Shown piece by piece: positions 10,576 through 21,700 of a DNA stretch of 64,000 nucleotides. Origin of the DNA: Podarcis filfolensis. Taxonomy: Eukaryota. How positions within the stretch are numbered: the stretch's first letter is position 1; each line of letters opens with the position of its first letter. The position numbers were made by a program, and so were the translations under genes. The DNA is taken from the NCBI GenBank assembly GCA_964270895.1, contig OZ185435.1; one strand, written 5' to 3'. Below the pieces are notes generated by a model, which saw nothing but the letters and a program-made list of their open reading frames with translations, did no database searches and was not told the origin of the DNA.

Positions 10576-12922
10576 TTGTTAGTGAAGGTGAGTTTAGTGG
10601 TGTATTGTGGCAGGAACAGATAAAGTATTACATGCTGTAAATTTAAATTTATTGTTATTTTGTTTAACTTAATGGTTGTCACTGCATGTGTTAGGGATAT
10701 AATAATAGTTAGCAATATAATAAATCTAATTAATAAATGAATACTGTTAGAAATCTTAGCCATAGGACTGTTTGAGCTTATGTGAATGAGTCCATATTGA
10801 TTTTTTGTAGCTGAGTCTCATTTTTTGTAGCTGTGACATTGGGATTCTGTTTTATGCCAAAGTTACATTTACCTTCATTACCTCTGCTGAAGTCAAGTCA
10901 GACTGGTTGTTGTAGTAGTTACTATTTTGCAAAGATACCTTTATATAAAATGAGAGAAACCATGCAAAAGAATAGATACACTGTACATTAACCACTCATG
11001 AATTGCATGAGTAAACAATGTAGACCCCATATTTTTGCAGAAATCAATAAATTTAATAAACTGATCATTTCACGTTTAAGGGTGGTGGTGTTAATTTTTT
11101 TTTTTTTTTTAGTAAAGTATTGAGTCCCGTTCATGGATTTCTCTACCTGTTCGAATGCTCTACCTGTTCGAACATCCTGGTATAATGTTCTGCTGAATAA
11201 AAGCTAAAAGCCAGAGGACTTAAGTCATGACACAGTCCTGCAAACCAACTATGCTCATACTTACATTATTCTTCTTAGTAGTTTTGCTCATTTGAACCCT
11301 TTTGCTTTGAATGGAATGGGAATGTGAAAAAGTGGGAGTTGGGAGAAGGCAAGAAGAGCCTGCTAGATTAAGCCAATGGCAGCCCGTGATTCTTTTGCTC
11401 TCATCTTTTGAGAAAAGGTACTGCCATGTTTTGTAATCCCAGAGACACAGCCTTGTGTTGATTTTATTGCTTTTGAGCAGCTTTGTATTTTAGGTAAATA
11501 ATAATGATGATGGGAAACTGTCAACTACCTCATAGATACTGGCCTGCAAGACTGCAGTCCTCTAATACACAATGTAAGATAAATAGGCTCAACTAGAATG
11601 TTAGTTTTTCCTTCTTGTTGTGTAGCTCAGCCTTAAGGTTATACTGCAATCACAGTTGCTAGCATTCTTGAGTGTTGCCAAATCTTAGTGCTACTTGATG
11701 TATCAGTATACTGCACCCTTTCCAAAGTTAGATTCAACTCAGTCTAACTGTCACTATTAGTTTTTCAAAATTCCATATATAGCTAGACAACTATAAATAT
11801 GCAAAGGTTTGGAGTCTTCCCAAATGACTGAACCCGGCACTTACGCACTGTAAAACAGCTAGTGTAGTCAAACTCTTCTACTTGCTTCATATTTTAGATT
11901 ATAAAATAAAATACTAATTTCAAAAAAATATCTAGGCATACGAAAAAGGAAGCTTTCTTATTGGTTTAATATGGGTTGCTTGTGTGTAGTGTGTGAAGTG
12001 CTGCATTTTTTAAAAAAAATTTAGTTACACAATAATGGGCTGCATTCTTTAAAAGAACGGGGAGTTATTACTACAACTAATAAGTCCCGTGTCTTCAAAC
12101 TTACCTTTCTGTCATAGCGTATTCAGAAAATCCTAGATTCACGGGATTGGGAGGAAGTCCAGTCCAGTCACCTTACGCAAGCTCTTTGAAATCAGAATTT
12201 ATTTATTTGATGATAATTTGTTACTTTATTTATAAGAAGAGCACTCTTAAATCTTTGGAATTCAGTGTCAGGGTGAAAATCTATTGTTATCCTAAATTAT
12301 TTTGAGGCTATAGAAGGAATTACTGTACCATTCAGAGAGTACTGCCAGGCAGCAAGATGGGCAACAGCTTTATGTAAAGCAGAAAATAATAAAATAGTGT
12401 AGAATTGCAGATTTTTCATTTAAATTGTATTTTTATTTGTCTTCTTCCTCCTTTCCTCCTCAGTTTGCATTGTAGACCAACAGTTTAAAAAGTTTCTCTC
12501 AAAGACTAGAAACTTGTTAAAATAATTTTTAACCAGTGATACTCTGTTGTTGTTCGGGAGAAGGGAAGGAGCTATTCAAATGTTTTGTATTCCAAGACTG
12601 AATCAAGCATGCATGTATTATTCTTGGTACTAATGCAGAAGACTGGTGATGCTTATTACAATAACCTTCAGTTTACTCTGTTATTTTAAACCTAACATTT
12701 TGAGCCATGTTTTACATTGCAATGGAGAGCTTTTCTGTGGACTTGATGTGCGATTCTTGTGCATACTCATCAAAGTACTACTGTGGAAAAACTTGTAGGC
12801 TGGCATATATTAATCTAGTGATTGCTATGGATATGTGAACATTGATGATATAGCTAGCAGATGGCATTGATTTTATTAACATATTTATATACCCTTTTAA
12901 CCAACTACTTTGTGTTTTCTAG

Positions 12923-13024
12923 GCTGCTGAATATGTCCCAGAAAAAGTAAAGAAAGCTGAAAAGAAACTAGAAGAGAATCCATATGACCTTGACGCTTGG
13001 AGCATTCTCATTCGAGAGGCACAG
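12923..13024 (+). CDS. CSTF3: CSTF3 exon 2 ([34 protein letters not shown])
   Basis: ttttctag acceptor, CAG|GTTTAG donor, 102 nt, matches CstF-77. Confidence 0.97.
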
Positions 13025-13119
13025 GTTTAGTGACATAGGATTACATTTCCTTATCAATGGGTCCACTCACAGTGATTGGTTCTGAAGTAAATGTCAATAC
13101 ATTTTTACATTATAAATAT

Positions 13120-13251
13120 NNNNNNNNNNNNNNNNNNNNNNNNNNNNNNNNNNNNNNNNNNNNNNNNNNNNNNNNNNNNNNNNNNNNNNNNNNNNNNNNN
13201 NNNNNNNNNNNNNNNNNNNNNNNNNNNNNNNNNNNNNNNNNNNNNNNNNNN
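13120..13251. other. Assembly gap / masked run of 132 N
   Basis: Directly visible. Confidence 1.
13150..13245 (+). CDS. CSTF3: CSTF3 exon 3, inferred inside the N gap (expected [32 protein letters not shown]); coordinates estimated
   Basis: This 32-aa segment is not seen elsewhere. The 132-N gap can hold it, and the post-gap sequence ATTTTCATTTTCTTTCTTA resembles the start of human intron 3 as I recall it. Confidence 0.7.
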
Positions 13252-13387
13252 ATTTTCATTTTCTTTCTTAAACATATAATAGGAATTTAAGTTGGCACTG
13301 AAACTTAACTTGTTAGGCACATACACAAACTCAGGTAAAGGAGGGATTGAGCATTTCTTAATTCTGTACAACAGGTGAAAGGGGGTA

Positions 13388-13520
13388 ATTAAAATGATTT
13401 CTAAATATTTGGGTCTCTCTATGATCTGATGATTGTTGCATTATGGACTTGCAACAACATTAAAACCGTTTCAATGGTATTGGAGTGCTTTAGCCTTTTA
13501 TTTACTTGTCGTGTCAATTT
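13388..13520 (+). terminator. CSTF3 intron-3 cleavage/polyadenylation site (ATTAAA at 13388-13393 and 13459-13464, GU/U-rich downstream element)
   Basis: TGATGATTGTTGCATT..GCAACAACATTAAAAC motif followed by TTTTATTTACTTGTCGTGTC. Position and sequence correspond to the conserved CstF-77 intron-3 pA site. Confidence 0.85.
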
Positions 13521-15690
13521 ATTGCCTCCTGTGTCATTTATTTAGAGCTCCTTTTCCCCCATAAAAATTAACAAATGGCTTTGTGATTTGTTGGGCTCTA
13601 ACGTTTTTATTATTATTCCTAGGCTGTTTCAGTTTTTGAAATGTTTGCTAGAGGGGGGTTGGAAATGCATATTTTTATTTGAAAATCACTGAATGCGTTA
13701 AAACATAAATGTGAATTATGCAAGTCACATTTTCAAGTACCTGTCTAACAAAATATTTCATAACCAAAATGAATAAGCTTTTTATCCTGCTCTGTTAAAA
13801 GTGCAACGGATGAGCTGAAATTATGGATAGCATGCATTCTCAGAAAAACATCTTCATAATAATACTTTATATAAATATGACTTTCCCTGGCACGTGGAGA
13901 TGCATGTCATAGGTTTTTAACATTATAATAACTATAGTATTTATGTTAAATTAGAGTAAACTTAAATCTTTATCTAAAATGGTAAGTAAAATAAGTTGTT
14001 AGGTGTTGTATGTGGCATATAATATTAGTAAGAGAGTCTCAAGTATATAACTGTTGTAAGACTGCACAGACTATATGCAGTTGAATGTTAAGTGTGTTAA
14101 ATGTTAAGAGATTAGTCTCTCAGAACAGACTTTAAGCACCCTCTCTGCTAATGCAGGTTCTCAAATGTAAGGCAGCCTTTTTAGAGATGTATTCTCTACA
14201 CCCTGCCAGCAGCATGTGCTGATCCATACCAGAGGCAGTGGGGATATTGATCATCCATACTGATGATTAGCTTCTCTTTTTATCTGTGCTGATTTATCCA
14301 CAGGTAGTATCTGACATGTTTGTTCCACAGATGAAAGGAGCGTTCATAGAAAGATCTGTCCCATGAATGCTACTCTTGTTTATTCTGTTAACAGAACAAA
14401 AACGTTGAATGCCACCCTATTTTTCTTGTTTTTATGTGATGTGCTTGGTCATAGCTTTAGGCTGTGGACTTTCCCAGTTCTTCTACTTGTCTTCAGAAGG
14501 CTTGAAGAGCTGTTGGTTTGAGAACCCTTGAACCCTGGATTTAAAACTTCATTATAATAGCACAATTGCCTGTGTGAATCCAGTAGGCAATATTGTCCTT
14601 TCTTAGTGGCCAGGACTCACACATTGTAAACTGTTAGACTTAACTGTGAAGGGCAAAAGTAGATAGGGATCCTGTGCGTTGTCAAAGTCTTAATCTTCAG
14701 TAATACTATTATAATTTCTTCTGGAACCTTGGAACATTCCTGCCCTCTCATCTCCCTGCACATTCCCTGCTCATTTTGTAAATTTGTTTTGATGTGTTGG
14801 GGGACAACCCCTCCTATCCACCCACCCTGGAACATTATTAGGAGTAAGCAAGGAGAGGACAAGGTAGTGAAGTTTTATTGTGCAGCTAAATGTCCTTGCA
14901 CTGGCAGAACTATTTAGTTGGATACTGCCTAACATTGGCAACACTAGTTGTAGATAATAGTTTATGGTAGAATAAGCTGGAACATTCACATTTAGTATTT
15001 GGACAATATCCAGGATCCAATGGCCTGATTGAACTACCAGGGCCTATTAGCAGAAATCTGCATAGGGACTTCTGCTAGCAACTCAAGACTTTAACCCTCT
15101 CCTTCCCCAACGTGCCACACAACCGCCTTCAAGTTGGCTTGGGGGGGGTGTGGAAGATGCCCCGCCTCTGAATAGCAGACGGGAGGAGAAAAGAGATTGT
15201 TTCCTTGGGGAAGCAAAAATGCTTCTGCTGATAGAATGTTTTAAAAAGCACAGTATTGAATTTCTCCCAGTGTGCCATCACTGTCATCATATGCATTTCA
15301 GCTCTCTCCTTCCAACCCCCTGTGACCCCCCCAAAAAAAATCTCCCTTCAGTGGGCTGAAAGCCTTTGAAAAGCAGCGCCCATGAGCAATGAGATGGGTA
15401 ATTTGTATCAGAAAATTTTTAGTTTCCCTAGAGAGCATACTTGTTTTACTTGTATTGAGTAAATAAAGCTAAAACCTTTGAAACTCCCATGCTTCCTTAA
15501 TATTATATTTGTAATTGGTATCCGTTCATTTTTACTAATGAACCCACAAAACAAAAAATTCTGTCCCATATCACTTCCCATGAGACTTGGGAGACTGGCA
15601 ATGGAAAGGAAGACAGGACATTTTTTCCATTCTTGAGCCCCTTTGGATGCTCAACCCATGGACACATGTCCGACCAAAGGTACACCCAGT

Positions 15691-15743
15691 AATAATAAGA
15701 GGGGAATTGGCTAGAATAATAATAAGAGGGGAACTGGCTAGAA
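15691..15743. repeat. 27-bp tandem duplication AATAATAAGAGGGGAAYTGGCTAGAA x2
   Basis: Directly visible, one mismatch. Confidence 0.9.
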
Positions 15744-18700
15744 AGTACTCACTATGTTTGTGCTTGACAATAGGATTTATAAGCTGTTGGTTTACATAGT
15801 GGATTTTGACTTTACAAGTATTTTGTATGTCACCAGTTTTCTCGAGCCATTAGTGCCGGCCTCCATATGAATTAAGGTTGTGGAAATCTTCTTTTGACTC
15901 CCATGCCTATGACTACAGAAGCATTGTCCAAGCCACTAAAGCATTGTCTTGTCCACCCACTCATAAGCATATAATTACAGAGCAAAATGACAGTTAAGTC
16001 TGACAAACTTCTTATCCAAAAATATTACCTTGCCCTGGTCCTTTTACTGCCATAGGAATTCTTGGAGTTATCAGGAGTTACATGTTAATGAATTAGCATT
16101 TAAAAAGAAGTAATGGAATTTGTCATCTTTAGTTCATATGCAGATTGTAAATATCTTTAAATTTGAAGAATATAAGAAATATTGTGTGTCTTATTCTGCT
16201 GATTTCTATACTGTTACTATCTTCCTGTTTATAGTCTTTAAACACATTGTGTGACAGTAAGCCTTACTGCTTTTAATTAATCTTTTAAAAATGTCCTTAA
16301 TCAGTTTTAATTTGAAAAACCCATAGGGTACTTTTATTTCAGTACTTTCCAGGCAAAAATCAGCAGATTTCTTGAGATACCTTTTGGCCCAGTTACTTCG
16401 CTAGTCACATTAAAAACGGTGATACCCAACAGTATGCAATTGACTTCATGCAGTAGGATATATCCTTCCTCTCCTCCACCTCAGGAGTGCTCCCCCACCT
16501 TCTTGTTGACCTCCAAATCTACTCCAGAGGGCTAATAGTCCCATTGCATAAGTGGAAGTTGATTCCACTGGCGAATGGTTCTTGCTGGATGTCACCATGT
16601 AAAGGACTGAATTATGGGCACATTGTTTTCTGCTGTGCCAGTGACACTAGAAGGATTATGTTAAAAATTATGCAATGTGTCAATTCCGAAATGAAAAATA
16701 CACTCTGGGTTTATTTAGTCCTACCTTTGTCACTCAGTGGTTATAAGTAGTATTAGGATGTAGGTAGGAAACAGGCACTGGCTTCGTCCCCTAAAGCTTT
16801 ATATTACTACTCATAGTATCATTTACTGTTGGAAAAATTGCTTTTAATATTCTGATTTTCTAACATTATGAAAAGAAATAATTTCTTGTAAGTCAACTCC
16901 AAAACTTTGCACACAAACAAAATTTTTGTTTGTCATTCTGCCTTTGTCTTGTCAGGAAATAGGTACATGGCATTCCCTTTTCTGTCACTACTGCTTGATA
17001 GAGTTCTTCCTATGTGTATTTAACAGATTTTGCATCTATGAAAAGTTGTGTGTGTGAGTTGAGGAGTGATGATGTATTTGATTGGGAAGGAACATGAATA
17101 TTGGGCTGTGCCAATCTCCGTCCAATTAAAAATTGGTTGTTTGACACCAAGGTAGTTAAAATGTGTTCCTGCATAACCAGGGATAGTTTGTGCCAGCTTG
17201 AAGGTAGATAGAGACTATAACTTTCAAGGCTACTGCTATGGGACAATGAGATGGGAACATCTAGCTCCATCTATGTCTATTGTTGTCCATGAAGCAGCAT
17301 TGGCTAGGTATAGAGAGAATCCAGGACACAGCTAGGCCATGGAAGATTCCTCTTCTTCCATCTTACCCTGTTTTGCCTGGATTGTGTCCCAGCAACGCTT
17401 ACCTCGGTGCATTACCTGTTGCCTAGCAATCCTTTGCTTCTAAAATGTAGTAAGGTGTTTGTATTGCTCCTATACTCATTCAAACGTAAGAGTCTTTACT
17501 TCCACCTCTTCATCCAGAAAATACCCTTCCTTACAGTCTTTTTGTTGCCATATTTTATTCTCTTGCCACATCATCTTGCACATCATAGTGCAAGGTACAG
17601 ATACATTTTTATTGCAGCCTTATTTATCTTCATCCCATTTTTGATCATCCTTCTTTGTGGTTTCTTAACATTCACTCACCTGGATTCTGCATCTTCACAG
17701 AGCGAGGCATAATACTGTATTGGTTAGCTGATCAGTGTTCAGGATACTGTGTCAGGGAATAGATTGGAGGAAATAGAACAGGAGCCCAGATTATTCATCT
17801 GGTCTTTCTCAGTAGTGAGCATGTGGATGGTGCTGGGCTAGAAGACAGAATAAGTTTTGAATGCTAGTGAATCTGAAAATCTGAGCATCAGCTCTTATGA
17901 AAGCGCCATGCATATGGATACAATTATGCAGTAACATGCTTTTATAATGTACAAAGTTGTACAGAGGCTTAGCTATGGAAAAAGTTACGGCACAAGGATG
18001 GTGATACAATTTAACTTGAGAATATCTAACATGAACAGCTAAGTGAGCATGATAAAAATTAATGATTGCTGCCAAACTCTACAAATAGTACTATGCCACA
18101 GCTAAAGAAACACAGAATCTTGGTGAATCCTCATGGCACATACCGATGACTAGATCTGAGCTTTCTCTTCTTACCTCTTCTGATATCCTGGGCCATTTTT
18201 GGTAAGTTTAATTAAACAGCTTCCCATCCAATAGCTATACTGTTACCTACCTCACAGGGTTGTTGTGAGGCTTAATTAAATGTTTTAGGTCCAATAATAG
18301 TGTGGAAATGTTACAAAGTACTATTCTGGGAATGTACTACACAAGGGACAACAACAACATAAATTGACAAAATATATCCCTTTGATTTAATTTTCCGGAA
18401 CGAGCACTTAAGCGGCAAAGGCTACAATTCAAAACACACCTACTAGATAAATTTGTTTTCTGCTATGTGAATGAACTGTAGTAAGCCTTCTAAAGCCATA
18501 AGGAAGAGATTTGCCCTGAAATTTGGCTGCTTCTTAGTTTAAACAAAGGATAGCAACCCTGCGGGCCTACAGATGTTATGCTAAATTTGCATCATCCCTG
18601 AAGGTTGGCCATGTTGGCTGTGGCTGTTGACAGTTGGATGCTGCAACACCTGGAGGGCCACATATTCCCCACCCCTAGTCTACGCAAACCGCATTGTGCT

Positions 18701-21700
18701 AGATTTTGATCTTGTGGAGAACTGTACTTAAAAGTGGAAGTTTCAGGTGTCCTTGCAGCCATGAAGGAAAGAGAGCAGGGAGTTCCTTGATCTGTTAACA
18801 TAGTGGGGAACCATGGCTTCTGTTAACTGGGCCTGAGAGACTTCCTTCCAAATAAACAGAATTCAGTCGTGTGTTAAAGTTTAACAATTTTGATACTTAG
18901 AACTTCATGTTATCAAACACCATAAATAAAATAATAGAAAATAGGGAATTTACATTTTCATTCTCGAATAATGTCCCACACCACTGCAGTTTGTATTTTT
19001 AAAAAATCTAGCTTCATAATAATATGCTTGAGTGTTCCAGTATAGTACAGTTGTAGATAATTAAGAAGGAAGTTTTACTTAGGCATTTTAATCCTATTGC
19101 TGTAGCTGTATACAGGACCCAGAATGAGTTACAAATTATCAAATAATAAGCAACTTAGAATAAAAACAAAAACAGGAGCTAAGACAAAAACCCTAAACCA
19201 ATTTTAAAAAATGTCTAAAAACATTCCTCAAGGCAAAACACATAGTTTTTTATGTGTACTTTATTATTTTTAAAATAACATTACATTTCACAAAAGATTA
19301 ACACAACATTCATTAAAAACAACTTTAATACATTATTATACATTCAAAGAAGGGGATGGGGAAGGAAAGTGGAAACATGGGCTTCAACATGACCCACTGG
19401 GCTGTGTACTTCATGCAGACAATTCCATATACGAGTCCAAAATTTTGACAGTTGCCTGTTGAAGGTCACTTTTTCACACACTGAAAGAATTGAGAAAACA
19501 GACTATTTATAGTTAAAATTCAATGATCTCTCCACCACTGCCCAGCCCCCCACAACAAAACAAAACCAACCGGGATAAAGAGGTTTCCACACTTTTCCTT
19601 AAAAACATGTCAGGAAAGCTGCTCAGTGTTAAGAAGCAGACTGTCGACTACGAAGGCTTATGAGGGAACAAATTCTCAGGGTCTTGTTTTCACATTGAAG
19701 TGGGATCATTGAGCTGTTTTTCATTAAACTAATGCTAAACAAGCATTAAGTAACAATGCAGTGTGTAATCACCCCCCCAGTTTGTCAAAGATTCATAAAC
19801 AAAGCTCTTAGGCTCCAAAAACTTAATATAAAATTTGATATGAAAATCTGCTTTTTTTCTTTTTAAAAACTAGTATTGGAAATTTGAATTTCCATTATAT
19901 TTGAGAGTGCAACTCTAACTAACGTGTTGGCTTTGTCGCACTTTAGCATAGACTAAGAAGGATTTTTTCAAAAGGTATAGAGGCCACAGAAAATGCAGGA
20001 TTTCAGGATTATACATCTTTTTCTTATAGGATTTTTAAATCTATTTTGATACAAACATTCTGAGAAAGACATATTTAGAAATATATGGTTGAAAATATAA
20101 TTGTTTGAGAATGTGCTTGGAGTTCTTTAATGTGAAATACCTACATATTGCTAAAATTTCCTCTGAAATTAATCTGACGCTATTGCTACAGTTATGTAAT
20201 ACCCTACTACGGTAATTTTTTTACAAAGTTGCATGTGGTTTTCTGTAAAGCAATTGTTTATACTAGACTTTGAAACACCTCATGAATCTCGTACCTTTTA
20301 AAAAAATGTACTTGTATACTGCTCCTTACCTGTTAATAAATATTAATTTCTATATGCTTGTTGTAGCTTTGCATCAGAAATCAGATGCAATTGTGTCTGT
20401 GATTTTTGGCCCATCATTTATTGTAGTACGAGTGTAACAGTCAGTGGAATTACCAGCAACTTAAACACAGAAGATGTTACTTTCTTGCCTTTGAAACACA
20501 CTACAAAGGTGGGATTTCCCATGTATGTCATGAGTTTATATAATAAGCAATTCCAATAACCTGGTATACAAGGCAAAAAGAAGTTAGGATTTGAAATACA
20601 AGCTTTCTAGTATAGTGGCTGTACATGGTTTTAAAAAATCATTCTTTCTCTTGTGTGTGCTCACATACACTTGTATTTCCCCCCTAAATATTAGATTTTT
20701 GTAGGTAATGCAAGAGACTTATTCCTAAAGTCATTCGGGAACATTGGTCATAAACAAGGCAATTATTTTTGGAGTACAGAATCATATTGAGTGACATCCA
20801 ACCCCAGCTTGGGTCAGGAGGGCGCTCTTCATCTCTCCTCCCTGCAGTCCTTAGTGTGCTTCCAAAATCTGCTCTGGAAGTTTGGGAGACCCTCTGGAGC
20901 AGATGTTTTTGGGAGCAATGGGCAGTTGCAGGAAGGTGGAAAGGGAAGCAAACAGGCTGACACAATAAGATGTCACATATATAATTCTTCTGGGTATCAC
21001 CCATGGTAGAATTATTTTCACCAAGTACAAGAATGGCTTGGTTTCCTTTTTGCTTATCATGGCTTATCATTTTGTTTCTTTTGTTTTGTCAGCTGTTGAA
21101 TAACAAAGAGTTTTCAGATGTCAAAGAAAAAGCAAATCAAAAACTTACGATACAATAAAATAAAATTAGAAGCTTCTCCCTGGCCCCCTTCTCTAGGTAT
21201 TTAAACTTGGAACAAAAATACTTGCAGAGGGGTCATATGATTTGCTAAAGGAGGCTGTTATTCACTTTCTTCTTCCTGAGCTATTTCAGAAGCCTAAGGC
21301 TGTTATTGAAGAACTTAGCTGCTAAATGTAATGCAAAATGTAATGTAAGCATGCTTGTGTGTGTCTCCATACAGTCTGCAAAGCACACTAAGGCTTATTT
21401 TCAGAATTTATGGTATTAAGTACACAATCTTAGTTCAGGAGCCTGCATTCTGTGTCATGTGTTAAATAACTAGAAAATATTTGGGAGGGGGTCAAGTTCT
21501 TTGGCTGCAGAAATGCAAAAAATTCTATTTGCTATACGCAGGATTGTGTACTTTATACCCTGCATGTAATAGTCAGATTCTGTCGAGGTAACAAGTTTTA
21601 CTACATATACAAACTGAAATTACACACATTCACATTTTGCATAATTATTCAAGCTAGTCATGGGGAGGCAAAGGATCTGTGGAGTACAACACATTGTTCA

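Noticed and set aside
13031-13085. GTGACAT...TCTGA in intron 2 resembling C/D boxes
   Set aside because: The C box is degenerate and the span is too short. The signal is better explained by splice/retention control.
17407-17712. 101-aa hydrophobic + strand ORF
   Set aside because: The hydrophobicity reflects a pyrimidine-rich strand, the listed start is not ATG, and there is no gene context.
20330-20420. Minus-strand ATGATG...CTGA resembling a C/D snoRNA
   Set aside because: Imperfect C box, only ~45 nt to the D box, and no terminal stem.
11480-20710. YAG|GT recursive-splice-like motifs (11493, 14303, 20704)
   Set aside because: Such motifs are expected by chance in AT-rich introns, the donors are non-consensus, and the introns are short relative to known recursively spliced ones.
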